Shown here: piece after piece, positions 46,674-56,692 of the stretch
How positions within the stretch are numbered: the first letter of the stretch is position 1
Layout of the letters: every line of letters begins with the position of its first letter
Source of the DNA: an uncultured Candidatus Saccharibacteria bacterium
GTDB taxonomy: Bacteria; Patescibacteriota; Doudnabacteria; UBA920
DNA length: 64,000 nucleotides
Direction: 5' to 3'
Assembly (NCBI GenBank): GCA_964556325.1
Contig: CAZKVS010000003.1
Span: forward strand, 4,219 to 68,218
Translations under genes and position numbers: made by a program
Notes under the pieces: model-generated
Seen by the model: the letters and a program-made list of their open reading frames with translations, nothing else
Database searches by the model: none
Told to the model about the DNA's origin: nothing

Positions 46674-47231
46674 CTATTTTAAGGCCTCATCCTGCACCGT
46701 AAACGTATAATGGAATACAATATTAGTTGGCCGCGTCACATTTTCTAGAGGATAATCTAGTTTGGTAAAATATTCTGGCTTTGCGGCAATGTTATCGTGC
46801 AACTGTATAACTAACTCTCGGGTAGGAGCAAACCCATTCACGGCCACCTGTTTTTTATTGCTATCTACGGCGAAGCTTTGAATCTGCACCCCAGCCGGAA
46901 CGACCTCGGAAAACAACATGAGCAGTCTAGACCATCGGGGTGTACTCTTGGCAAGCGCATTATAATCGTTAATTCGGTTGTTTACCTGAGTAACCTGCTT
47001 TCTTACATCCGTACTTTCCTTGGCACTCGCGAACTGACGCAAGGTTTCCGTTTCAGCCTCTAAACTCTTTTCGTGCGCTCGCAAATACCACAAAATCCCA
47101 CCTTGCGTAAGTAACACTACACCAAAACTCACTCCCGCTATAACATACAACGAGAGCAGACCAAAAAACCAACTGCGCAAGTCCAATTGCTTCAGTTTCG
47201 CCTTGGGTAGTAAGTTAATCTGCTTTTCCAT
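46674..47231 (-). CDS. pilN: type IV pilus PilN-like protein
   Basis: INLLP motif, TM, coiled coil, VP.GV.I. Confidence 0.8.
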   Translation of the reverse strand: MEKQINLLPKAKLKQLDLRSWFFGLLSLYVIAGVSFGVVLLTQGGILWYLRAHEKSLEAETETLRQFASAKESTDVRKQVTQVNNRINDYNALAKSTPRWSRLLMLFSEVVPAGVQIQSFAVDSNKKQVAVNGFAPTRELVIQLHDNIAAKPEYFTKLDYPLENVTRPTNIVFHYTFTVQDEALK

Positions 47232-48295
47232 TATTGTAGTAAACCTCTCATGGCCAAACCTATTGTAGGGCCATAGGCTAAAATTTTATTCTCTGCAAGA
47301 CCTTCGGGAATATCCATATGTACGTTCACCGTCGCATCGGCTAATTGCACAACCAGCCCCTCCCTCTCAGCCAAAGACTCCTGCACAAACTCAACTATAT
47401 GCGCAAGACGGGCCGCACCACCAACTAACAGTATACGGGTTACTTTCTCTGTAGAATGCTGATCATGAAACGTCAGTACTTGTTTTATCTCGGTCACTAA
47501 GTTTTGCAATATGGGCAATAACAGCATTTTTAAATTGGGGTACTCTGTAGTATTAGCAAAGCCCGCCTGCGATTTTATTTCCTCCGCCCGCTTCGGCTGT
47601 AGCTCCAAGCCTTTGGCTATGGCTTCCGTCAGACTTTGCCCAGCAATAGGAATAGTGGAAGTAAACTGAATACTCCCCCGTTCGACCATTACTAAATCTG
47701 TTCGAGTCGCTTTCATGTCTGCAATTAGGAGAGTCTCCCGAGAGCCCAACGCAACAACCGCCCGCGCCAAGGCCTCAGATTGCACCTCCACTGAAACAGG
47801 AGTCAACCCTGCAAGCTCGACTGCTTTTAAAACACGGTCCACAAAATCCTTAGGTGAAGCCACGAGCAATAGCTCCACTCTTCCACCTGCTTCCCCAAGT
47901 CGTTTCCAATCTAAATAGACCTGGTCAACGGGTATTGGAATGTAACTCTCAGCCTCAAATGGTACTGCTGCATCTATTTCCGCATCGGTCATAGGAGCGA
48001 CATGGATGACACGGACAAAACAGTTGGACTCGGGTAAATTAATTGCCACATCTCGCGTAGTAAACTGCCCATACTCCTGCCTACCAAACAGCTGTTCAAG
48101 CACATGCGCTAAACCCTCGCTGTCCACGCCGCCATCACCCCCAAACACTGCTTTCGGTAATTCTGCTTCGGCAAATCCAACCACGTGAGCCGATGAAAGC
48201 GTCCCCGCCAATTGTAAACCGCGAATGTGCGTATCGCCCAAAGCGACACCCACAATTTCCGTCTGTGGGGCAAAAATGTGTTTAGAAAACTTCAT
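47231..48295 (-). CDS. pilM: type IV pilus assembly protein PilM
   Basis: EAE.YIPIP.D.VYLDW, AGL....VEV...ALAR, LLVGGAA, IGLAMR. Confidence 0.88.
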   Translation of the reverse strand: MKFSKHIFAPQTEIVGVALGDTHIRGLQLAGTLSSAHVVGFAEAELPKAVFGGDGGVDSEGLAHVLEQLFGRQEYGQFTTRDVAINLPESNCFVRVIHVAPMTDAEIDAAVPFEAESYIPIPVDQVYLDWKRLGEAGGRVELLLVASPKDFVDRVLKAVELAGLTPVSVEVQSEALARAVVALGSRETLLIADMKATRTDLVMVERGSIQFTSTIPIAGQSLTEAIAKGLELQPKRAEEIKSQAGFANTTEYPNLKMLLLPILQNLVTEIKQVLTFHDQHSTEKVTRILLVGGAARLAHIVEFVQESLAEREGLVVQLADATVNVHMDIPEGLAENKILAYGPTIGLAMRGLLQ

Positions 48296-49506
48296 TGAAT
48301 ATTGGTACCAATGTTATATATAGGAATAATAAGTGCATACGCCAAAGCACCGACAGCTCCACCTATAATTAATAGCAGTAACGGCTCAATAATGGAAGAC
48401 ATGTTTTTAAGCGTTGCATCAATTTGTGCTTCCATGTGCGTCGCGATTTGCTCTAATATAGTTTCCAACGTACCTGTTTCCTCGCCCACTTGCAACATTT
48501 GTACAATTAAAAATGGAAATAACTTCTCGTGTTCTGTGAGCACTTCAGTCAAAGGCTTTCCTACCTTCACACGCTCTGCGGAAGAGGCTATAGCTTCTTG
48601 ATACAAGGTATTAGGAATAGATTTACCCGCCACACCCAAACTTTCAACAATGGGAATACCACTCTTGAGCAAACTCGATAACACACGAGTAAAGCGAGCA
48701 ATGTTAATTTTAACGGTCAACGGACCAATACCCGGCATCACCAACGAGAGGCGGTACAACGCCTGTTTACCCATATCTGTCCGCACCAATGCCATAAAGG
48801 CCGGACCCGCCATAATCAACGCAAAGATAACCAAAACTGCGTGACCAGACATAAAATCGCTCAACCCAATAACAACCTTTGTAGCCGCTGGCATTTCCCC
48901 TCCAAAATCCTTAAAAGTGGCAGTAAGCTTTGGCAGCACAAAAATGGACATGAGCACTCCAATGGTAATCATGGCTATAAGAATAACCGAAGGATACATC
49001 ATGGCACCGCGGACACGGCTTCGTAAATCAGCCTCACGCTCAAGCTGTATCCCTAACTGACCCAAGCTCTCTTCCAGGTTCCCTGACATTTCCCCTACCT
49101 TTATCATGTTCACAAAGATATCGGAAAATACTTTGGGGTACTCTGCCATGACTTCATTGAGCTGTCGCCCGTTTTCTACACCATGCTGCAATGCAGACAA
49201 TATAGCTATAAACCTTCTGTTCTTTGTCTGCTTTGCGAGAATTTGCATAGACCGGGAAACAGGCACACCCGATTTCAACATGAGCTGCAAGTTCTCAACA
49301 AACACCAATTTTTCACCTAATGGTATAGACCGTAGACTCATGACAAAAGCGAGCGGATTCCACGCCTCTTTTGTCTCAATTAACTCTATCGGCGCCAAGC
49401 CTTGTTCCTTCAACTGATGACTCGCCACAGACAACGAACTAGCAGTTACCACACCCTGTTCTTTTTGGCCGTTATTCTTTAAAATTGTATAAGTAAATTT
49501 TGGCAA
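48292..49506 (-). CDS. pilC: type II secretion F / PilC inner membrane protein
   Basis: MLKSGVP, GEMSGNL, AMMYP, GEETGTL, SIIEP; TTG start. Confidence 0.92.
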   Translation of the reverse strand: MPKFTYTILKNNGQKEQGVVTASSLSVASHQLKEQGLAPIELIETKEAWNPLAFVMSLRSIPLGEKLVFVENLQLMLKSGVPVSRSMQILAKQTKNRRFIAILSALQHGVENGRQLNEVMAEYPKVFSDIFVNMIKVGEMSGNLEESLGQLGIQLEREADLRSRVRGAMMYPSVILIAMITIGVLMSIFVLPKLTATFKDFGGEMPAATKVVIGLSDFMSGHAVLVIFALIMAGPAFMALVRTDMGKQALYRLSLVMPGIGPLTVKINIARFTRVLSSLLKSGIPIVESLGVAGKSIPNTLYQEAIASSAERVKVGKPLTEVLTEHEKLFPFLIVQMLQVGEETGTLETILEQIATHMEAQIDATLKNMSSIIEPLLLLIIGGAVGALAYALIIPIYNIGTNIQ

Positions 49507-49509
49507 TCA

Positions 49510-49554
49510 GTTAGCTTCTGCAGCTTCGGAAGCTTCTACAGCTTCGGAAGCTAA
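49510..49554. repeat. short tandem repeat (AGCTTCnnn)x4 between pilB and pilC
   Basis: AGCTTCTGC AGCTTCGGA AGCTTCTAC AGCTTCGGA AGCT. Confidence 0.75.
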
Positions 49555-49558
49555 TTAG

Positions 49559-51313
49559 TTACTCTTTAGACACTCTCAATACTTCATCAATGGTGGTAAC
49601 GCCTTGTAACGCTTTGATAAATCCATCCTGCCACATTAAAATCATGCCGTTGTTTTGGGCTGTTTCCTGAATCTCCTGCGCAGTCTTCTTCTGCACAATT
49701 TCTGCAGCAATATCTGTAGTAACTTCAAGCAATTCATGAAGGCCAATACGGCCTTTATACCCCGTAGGCCCACACTTATCACACCCTTGTGGCTTGCGGA
49801 AGGTTAAGTCTTCAAAACGGGTGGCATCTTTGGGGAGCAATTTGAGGTGTGTAAAGAGTTCCATCATTTTTTCTAAATTAAACTCTTTAGAAATAACTTC
49901 AATAAAGCCGGCATCCGGTTTGTAGGGCTGGTTACAATCGGGACACAAAACCCGCACTAACCGCTGAGCCATTACTCCGTTCGTGGTTGAAGCAATGAGG
50001 TAAGGCTCTACGCCAATATCCAATAAACGGGCAGGCGCACCAGCGGCGGAGTTAGTGTGCAAAGTAGACAACACAATATGCCCCGTCATGGCAGCATGAA
50101 CCGCTTCTTCTGCCGTTTCCTGATCACGAATTTCTCCAATCATAATAATGTTTGGGTCTTGCCGAAGCAGTGCGCGCAAACCTATGGCGAAGGTCAAGCC
50201 AATTTTAGGGTTAACCTGCATTTGATTGGCCCGTTCAATGCGGTATTCTACCGGATCTTCAATGGAAGAGATGTTAACACTTGCGGTATTGAGCAACGTA
50301 AGCAGCGCATACAGCGTGGTAGACTTACCGCTTCCGGTAGGACCGGTAACCAAAAGCATACCGTGAGACTTATGAATAATGCGCTGCACTATTTCTAACT
50401 GTTCGGGCAAAAAGCCCAACTGCTCTAAAGTCATAGCTTTACTGGACTCATCGAGCAAACGCATAACCACTTTTTCGCCATCAAAGACCGGAATGGTAGA
50501 TACACGCAAAGAAAACCGGTATCCGTCTTTCTCTACCTTAAAACGACCATCTTGCGGTAACCGATGTTCATCAATCTTCAAATCTGACAACACTTTAATA
50601 CGTGCGACTAAAGCCGGTTGAATCATTTTAGGCAGCGTCATCACGTCGTGAAGAATACCATCTATACGATATCGAACAGTGACTGCATTCTCTTGAGGCT
50701 CAATATGAATATCAGAGGCTTTCTCAAAAATAGCGTACTCAAGTAACGTATCCACCACCCGGATGACTGGAATTTCTCCAGCCATCTTTTTTAAACCTTC
50801 TACTTCGTCTGGTTTAGTCGTACTTGTAGCAGATTCCGTTTTAATGGTTGGTTCACCCCCGACCAAATGCTTAATTTCACCCTCTAAGTTAGAGTGGTAC
50901 TTAGCCAAGCCAAAATCTAAACTGGTTTTACCAATGAGAAACAAGAGAATAGGTAGCCCGGTCTTCTTTTGAATAAATTCTCTGGTTTGTAAATCGGTTG
51001 GGTCTACCATTGCCAAATGCAACCCCTCTTTGGTTTTGGCAAAGCTGATTATTTTATGCCTATGCGCTATGGGCTCTGGTACAAGTTGTAGCACTTCCTG
51101 ATCTATGCGTTCAGTTCGTAAATCCACCACCGGAATAGCCAACATTTCGCCCTTTACCTGTAGCAGCTGTTCCTCAGTTATACCCCCTTTTTCCAATAAT
51201 AAATCTTCCCAGTTGCCTCGTACGGCTTGTGGGTCATTTTGTAAACTCGCGACAACGTCAGCGGTAATTATTTTTTTTTGTTTCAGTACTTTTACGAGTT
51301 CTGGAGTATCCAT
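49559..51313 (-). CDS. pilB: GspE/PilB pilus assembly ATPase
   Basis: ASDIHIEP, RLPQDGR, TGPTGSGKSTT, EDPVEY, LRQDP, GEIRD, TGH.VLSTLHTN, CPDC...GCDKC. Confidence 0.95.
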   Translation of the reverse strand: MDTPELVKVLKQKKIITADVVASLQNDPQAVRGNWEDLLLEKGGITEEQLLQVKGEMLAIPVVDLRTERIDQEVLQLVPEPIAHRHKIISFAKTKEGLHLAMVDPTDLQTREFIQKKTGLPILLFLIGKTSLDFGLAKYHSNLEGEIKHLVGGEPTIKTESATSTTKPDEVEGLKKMAGEIPVIRVVDTLLEYAIFEKASDIHIEPQENAVTVRYRIDGILHDVMTLPKMIQPALVARIKVLSDLKIDEHRLPQDGRFKVEKDGYRFSLRVSTIPVFDGEKVVMRLLDESSKAMTLEQLGFLPEQLEIVQRIIHKSHGMLLVTGPTGSGKSTTLYALLTLLNTASVNISSIEDPVEYRIERANQMQVNPKIGLTFAIGLRALLRQDPNIIMIGEIRDQETAEEAVHAAMTGHIVLSTLHTNSAAGAPARLLDIGVEPYLIASTTNGVMAQRLVRVLCPDCNQPYKPDAGFIEVISKEFNLEKMMELFTHLKLLPKDATRFEDLTFRKPQGCDKCGPTGYKGRIGLHELLEVTTDIAAEIVQKKTAQEIQETAQNNGMILMWQDGFIKALQGVTTIDEVLRVSKE

Positions 51314-51536
51314 AGCATATAAGGGCCTATTGCCGAATATCATTTGGACTGCAATTTCAAAATTTCGGCACCTTGTCCCAAAAATTTTTCTACCGTAACT
51401 ACTATTACGCTCTCAAAATTTTTGCGCCAATCTGCTCGAAATTTTTTAGTTTCGTCTACAAAGCATATTCGGCAATCGACCCGTCAGACCTGCGTGCCGC
51501 AGGTCTTTCTTATATCTATAGTATACCATAAATGCA

Positions 51537-51620
51537 GAATTATGAATTTAGAATTATGAAGCATGAAAGTTACACCTGTGGCCCACAATTCATAATTCCT
51601 GATTCATAATTCATTATTCT
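51537..51620. repeat. inverted heptamer arrays (GAATTAT / ATAATTC)
   Basis: GAATTATGAATTTAGAATTATGAA ... TTCATAATTCCTGATTCATAATTCATTATTC. Confidence 0.75.
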
Positions 51621-51629
51621 GCGTTCCGC

Positions 51630-52943
51630 CTATCGGCCTTTCCAAGCCAACACATAGTATAAAGTCTTTAAGATTATCTCCACATCAAACAGTAATGACC
51701 GGTGTTTGATGTAGTACAAGTCATATTGCAACTTCCGCCGTGTCTCGGCCACGGAAGATGCATAAGAATCATTGATTTGCGCCCAACCAGTTAAGCCCGG
51801 CTTAACCCAATGACGTTCGTCATAAAATGGTATAGTCTGGTTCAGACTTTCAACTATATGCGGCTGTTCCGGCCGCGGACCTACCAAGCTCATATTTCCC
51901 CGCAATAAGTTTAAACATTGAGGGAGTTCATCTAAACGACTGCGCCGCAAAATCTTACCGACCGGAGTAATTCTGCTGTCGTTTCGTGCGGTCCATGTAT
52001 TGGTTACAGTCCCCTGCATGGTCCGGTATTTATACACGAAAAAGCGCTTATTCCCCTCTCCCACTCGCTCCTGAATAAATAAAATATTCCCCCGCGAACT
52101 TAATTTTATTAAGAGAGCAATAAGCGGAAAAGTGAACACAAATACCCCCAAGCCCACGAGCCCTGCCACTATGTCCATACCCCGTTTAACAATAGTATAC
52201 AGTCGCTTTTCTTTATAACTCACATTCTCTAAAAACCACGTTTCTGTCACTTCCGAAAGGTACACCTTGCGAAGTAATCTTTCATAAAACAACGTATGAC
52301 TATAAAATACCACTCCGCGCTTCCGGAGCCGATAGAGCTGGCTCAGCACATCAGGCTTGAGGTGCAAATTATCTGGTACAATTATACCTGCATTTTTTAT
52401 AATCTCCGTGGTATCCAAGTTGTCTTCATGCAAGTGAGCTACAATGCGATATCCTAAAAAATCATGCTTTCGGATTTCACCCACAAGCTCGGCTAATTCA
52501 TTTTGAAAAGAAAACGCATATAAATATTCCACCATCCGATTCTTTAAAAAATACTTCACCACTAAATGCCAACCGAGGATTAGAACCGAAGCTATGCCAA
52601 GTATAATCAAAAGAAACCTACGGGGGGTAATAATAAGTCCGGGTTGCGAGTAAAAATACAGCACAGCAACTAACCCGTTAGTCGCCATAGCTGAAAACAA
52701 ATTTCGCAGAAGCACAGAGTAACGTCGAAAGGTAGAAACTTCAAATAAGTTATAGACGAAGAAAATAACCACCCAAGCCACAAACACCACGGAAAAAGCT
52801 CGGAGATGCGTAGCCCAACTATGTGTATCCAACCCGCCTTCATACCGTAATGTGACGGCGAGCCAGAGACTTACATACAAGAGTATGATGTCTGGAACTA
52901 GCACTAACCACAGAATGACATATTTTCGTACCATAAAAAACAA
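51630..52943 (-). CDS. polyprenyl-phosphate glycosylphosphotransferase (WcaJ/WbaP-like)
   Basis: KR.MDI, YKYRTM, RITPVG..LR..RLDELPQ, MSLVGPRPE, KPGLTGWAQ, DLYY. Confidence 0.93.
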   Translation of the reverse strand: MFFMVRKYVILWLVLVPDIILLYVSLWLAVTLRYEGGLDTHSWATHLRAFSVVFVAWVVIFFVYNLFEVSTFRRYSVLLRNLFSAMATNGLVAVLYFYSQPGLIITPRRFLLIILGIASVLILGWHLVVKYFLKNRMVEYLYAFSFQNELAELVGEIRKHDFLGYRIVAHLHEDNLDTTEIIKNAGIIVPDNLHLKPDVLSQLYRLRKRGVVFYSHTLFYERLLRKVYLSEVTETWFLENVSYKEKRLYTIVKRGMDIVAGLVGLGVFVFTFPLIALLIKLSSRGNILFIQERVGEGNKRFFVYKYRTMQGTVTNTWTARNDSRITPVGKILRRSRLDELPQCLNLLRGNMSLVGPRPEQPHIVESLNQTIPFYDERHWVKPGLTGWAQINDSYASSVAETRRKLQYDLYYIKHRSLLFDVEIILKTLYYVLAWKGR

Positions 52944-52946
52944 AAT

Positions 52947-53705
52947 CTAGAAGTTCAAGTATAACCGTACTCGGAGGAACGCACTCGCCAGCCGCAGCCA
53001 TGGATAGCGCCCTGAATACGCCCGGATAAGACGTAACTGTTTGCGCAAAAAACTCTGAAATCTACCCTTAGTATACAAAGACTGCCGATATCGCACAAAA
53101 ACCTCAGGAAAATTGTACATGCGCCCCCGCAAACCCAATCGTAGCCATAAATCATAGTCTTCAGCAAAGTCTTCGCCATCAGACTTAAAGCCGCCAACCG
53201 CTAGAGCTACTTCCCGCCGAAACATAACAGTCGAAGTAAAAAAGTTGTTCCGAAATAACATTGTCCGTCGAATGGTCTGGTCCGATTCCGGTCGAAAAAC
53301 TTTTTTAGACTGCTCCATTATAGTTTTACCATCCGCTATTTCCATTGCACCTCCAAGCAATACAGTGTCTGGGTGCTCGTCCAAATACTGGACTTGTTTT
53401 TGGAGTTTACGAGTATCAAGCCATATATCATCGTCATCAAGCAGAGCCACGTATGTACCGGTAGAAGCCTGCAATGCTTCCTGCCTACTTCGAGTTATAC
53501 CAATAGACGTTGGGTGCGTAATAATTTTTACAGTGGGAACTACCTCTCGCAATCTGGCCAAGACAGCAGAAGTGGCATCGGATGAGCCGTCATTGACGAC
53601 GACTAGTTCTACGTCACTGAAAGTTTGGTTTGTAATGGACGTTAAAGCAGCAGGAAGCTGTGCTTCCCTATTTTTGGTAAGAATGATAACAGAAACAATA
53701 TGCAT
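52947..53705 (-). CDS. glycosyltransferase family 2
   Basis: VSVII, VVNDGSSD, LDDDD.W, EDYDLWLR. Confidence 0.92.
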   Translation of the reverse strand: MHIVSVIILTKNREAQLPAALTSITNQTFSDVELVVVNDGSSDATSAVLARLREVVPTVKIITHPTSIGITRSRQEALQASTGTYVALLDDDDIWLDTRKLQKQVQYLDEHPDTVLLGGAMEIADGKTIMEQSKKVFRPESDQTIRRTMLFRNNFFTSTVMFRREVALAVGGFKSDGEDFAEDYDLWLRLGLRGRMYNFPEVFVRYRQSLYTKGRFQSFLRKQLRLIRAYSGRYPWLRLASAFLRVRLYLNF

Positions 53706-53726
53706 AGAATGTACCGACCGACCCCC

Positions 53727-54461
53727 CTACTTTGTAAATACAAAACACCCGCAGGCGTACCGAGACTCAGCGAGGTCAGCGGGCTGCATAGCCGAATGAA
53801 AATGCCCCGCGTCGTCCACCCCCGCAAATTCTTCTAAGCGCAATTGGTCAAAATACTCTAAAATAGCCCCAGGATTATGAACACGGTGAGCATTAAAATA
53901 AGTTACTGACTGACCAACCGGCAGGGCAAAATACAACCTCCCGCCAGGTGCCAATACTCGCTGTAATTCTTTGCAGGCCTTCTTTGTACCTTCAGCATCC
54001 AACGGATCCCCGTACCTCCCGAGACCAATATGCTCAGCCACATGCAAACACGACAATGAATCTAACGAGTTATCCGCAAACGGCAACTCTAATATACTTC
54101 CCGGCTTGCAGGTAAAATTATTAAAGTCTAATGCAATGGGACGGATATCAACAAATGTCACAGGCACGACAGTTGTCGCCATGGATAAAAACCGGATGGA
54201 AGATCCCACGTCCACATGCTCCTTGGGTAGCCGTTGTTGTATGTGTTTAAAAGCCCAACGGTCCATGTACACGTAATGCTTATCAAACGTGTGCGCCGCA
54301 CTTGCTTTATCCCATAATTGAGGAAACAGGAGCAACTTCTGGGGGCTGCGTTGAGTACTAGTCAGATGCCGATACCGATATACATCTCGCACATACCAAA
54401 AAATTCCGCCACATAATTGGGTGCTCCATCTCCATATTTTTTTCAAAACTCTATAAGCCAT
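53727..54461 (-). CDS. DUF268-like SAM-dependent methyltransferase
   Basis: HVDVGS, VDIRP, SLSCLHV.EHIGLGRYGDP, FNAHR. Confidence 0.82.
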   Translation of the reverse strand: MAYRVLKKIWRWSTQLCGGIFWYVRDVYRYRHLTSTQRSPQKLLLFPQLWDKASAAHTFDKHYVYMDRWAFKHIQQRLPKEHVDVGSSIRFLSMATTVVPVTFVDIRPIALDFNNFTCKPGSILELPFADNSLDSLSCLHVAEHIGLGRYGDPLDAEGTKKACKELQRVLAPGGRLYFALPVGQSVTYFNAHRVHNPGAILEYFDQLRLEEFAGVDDAGHFHSAMQPADLAESRYACGCFVFTK

Positions 54462-55071
54462 GGGGGGTTATTCTAATAATATCTCCGGACACGTGCACCG
54501 ATAAATCCGGACGCGCCGTATGTAAGGTCTCCCGCAACCAATCTATGCGGGGATACCCTCCCTCACCCACGAATAAACGAGCATCGTCAATTAAAATGGC
54601 AAAAGGCACGTTGCATTGTTCAATAATGGCCCTTACTTCTGCCACCACTGGAGTGTCAATTTCTGCTCTAGCGGTTACACCACCAGAGTAGTGACCATCC
54701 AACCAAAACAACGTAGGTGCATGAAGTTGTGAAATGACATTCGGAAGCACGACTGCGCTATCCCCCTGCCATAGAACCACCGTCTGGTTCTCGCTAAATC
54801 GGGAGCGCGCGCGTCTGTAAAACTCAGTGCTTAGCTCTACCGAATGAATGCGCTCGAATACATCTTTCATGGCAAAAACCATATCACCCATATACGTACC
54901 CGTCTCGACTAAAACACCTAGCTTAAACTCCGCGGCGTACTGATGTATGGTCCGCTGCTTGTATAGATGCGGTGAAGGACCCACAGCAGGCAAGACCCTC
55001 CAACGGGCATAGTCAAGATACTGTCGGGTCCGCGATACAAGTGGGTTATACTTAATAAAATCTCGAATCAT
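54451..55071 (-). CDS. methyltransferase-fold protein
   Basis: VETGTY.G, SVEL, GDS, FWLDGHYSGG, IDDAR. Confidence 0.75.
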   Translation of the reverse strand: MIRDFIKYNPLVSRTRQYLDYARWRVLPAVGPSPHLYKQRTIHQYAAEFKLGVLVETGTYMGDMVFAMKDVFERIHSVELSTEFYRRARSRFSENQTVVLWQGDSAVVLPNVISQLHAPTLFWLDGHYSGGVTARAEIDTPVVAEVRAIIEQCNVPFAILIDDARLFVGEGGYPRIDWLRETLHTARPDLSVHVSGDIIRITPHGL

Positions 55072-55072
55072 A

Positions 55073-55981
55073 CTATATGATAACTGCTAAAAACTTCTGA
55101 GCCGCCGCCTCGGGAGTAAAATTGTGCAAATGATAACTTCTGGGAGCATATTGCTCTAAACGACTCCAAAATACATCCCACTGAGCCGGTAAATCGAGCC
55201 CACTCGTGAAAGTCATACCACACTGGTCGGTTAAATAAGGCGCCGGACTACTGCCCGCATAGGCATACCTTTTGTGCTCCATTTTACCACCATCCCAAAC
55301 CAAAGTTGGGACATCCATCATCCATGCTTCATGCACTGCAAGACCCTGACTCTCAGAAGTAGATAAAACTATCATAGCATGCGCTTTAGATAAATCTGCA
55401 AGATACTCTGAACGCGCATACGATCCGTATGTATAGACTTTAGATGCAACTCCCCGACCGCTTAAAAAACTCAAAACATCGTTATATATATTCTCCGGAG
55501 CGTTCTTTTGATAGACCAAAACCAAGTTCTTTTCTGAAGAAACCGCCAACGGCAGAGTGGAAACACCTGCGGCCCACACTACAATACGGGTCCGAGCCGT
55601 GGGCATATACGTTAGACAGAAGTCTAGCACCCACTGAGACGGGACCAAAAACCGGTCAATGACCGGATGGAATATTATACCCCCATGCTCGTTGGGCATG
55701 GCTATGTTCGGCCCCGCAATTAAACTACCTATTCGTCCTCTCTGTTTTTGTTTAATAGCCCAGCGCAATGTTCCAACTCCGCTCAGGACACAGACGGTAA
55801 CTCCTAATGGTATATGACGAGCGTTCACTCGATAATCCTGACCAATGGCCGTCAACCCCTGACAAAGACTGTCAAATACCATTGCAGGTCCGCGAACTTG
55901 GCGGTGTATAATTCGCTTTATCCAAACCTTAACGCGCCGCGCCAAAGTAAATTCTTCATTATACAAATATATAGTTTGCAT
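55073..55981 (-). CDS. glycosyltransferase (GT-B/GT4-like)
   Basis: GPNI, VPSQW, SESQGLA..EAW..DVP. Confidence 0.72.
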   Translation of the reverse strand: MQTIYLYNEEFTLARRVKVWIKRIIHRQVRGPAMVFDSLCQGLTAIGQDYRVNARHIPLGVTVCVLSGVGTLRWAIKQKQRGRIGSLIAGPNIAMPNEHGGIIFHPVIDRFLVPSQWVLDFCLTYMPTARTRIVVWAAGVSTLPLAVSSEKNLVLVYQKNAPENIYNDVLSFLSGRGVASKVYTYGSYARSEYLADLSKAHAMIVLSTSESQGLAVHEAWMMDVPTLVWDGGKMEHKRYAYAGSSPAPYLTDQCGMTFTSGLDLPAQWDVFWSRLEQYAPRSYHLHNFTPEAAAQKFLAVII

Positions 55982-56010
55982 ACCTAACCAAAATTTCCGA
56001 ACTGCTTGTT

Positions 56011-56688
56011 CTATAGCCGAATTTGTTCGCCTGTTGCTATATTATCCCACCACAACTCTAAAAATGGAACGTCTGTATAGTGAATGCCCCGCGACCGAAT
56101 AAACTTATATAAATCACGCTCTATGCTTAACTCTTGGGACACCAACTTTTGTGGACTAGCCTGTTCAGCGTAATCTCTTAACACGTGTGTTTCAGCCGCT
56201 ACCATACCTGTAGCGATAGTGGTCACATGCCACGGAAGTACCCCCCCTCGCATAACCCAGTCTTTCATTACCCTAAAATAGTTACCTGGCTGTGCGAGAA
56301 ATCTTTCAAAAAAAGAAAAGTTAATCAAATTCTGCCGGGGCTCGAAATGAACAACATGCCTATACTCTGTGGGTAACTTACGAAGTACGTGTTTCCATTG
56401 AATAGCAAGCCCTGCTCCTTTATTCTTTTTACCGAGTTCGTTGTCCCAAAAAAAATCGGTCCACTTAAAATTGGGAATATCTTGCATCGCGCGAATCAGT
56501 CTCCCGTCGAGCAGCTCAGGATGTTCAACGGTGTTGTCTACAGCAAAAACGTCAAACTCTGAATGCAAATCAACCAATTCTTTTATTTGCATTAAGCCAT
56601 TCACATATTGTGCAATTCTTGCTTCCCTGTTTGGAAATGAAGGCAAGGTCGTAACATACGCCGTAGAAATTAACAAAGCATATTTCAT
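56011..56688 (-). CDS. hypothetical protein in the polysaccharide locus
   Basis: ATG at 56688 just after the DegT stop; R..QY..GL, DNT, NKG.G. Confidence 0.6.
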   Translation of the reverse strand: MKYALLISTAYVTTLPSFPNREARIAQYVNGLMQIKELVDLHSEFDVFAVDNTVEHPELLDGRLIRAMQDIPNFKWTDFFWDNELGKKNKGAGLAIQWKHVLRKLPTEYRHVVHFEPRQNLINFSFFERFLAQPGNYFRVMKDWVMRGGVLPWHVTTIATGMVAAETHVLRDYAEQASPQKLVSQELSIERDLYKFIRSRGIHYTDVPFLELWWDNIATGEQIRL

Positions 56689-56692
56689 TTTT

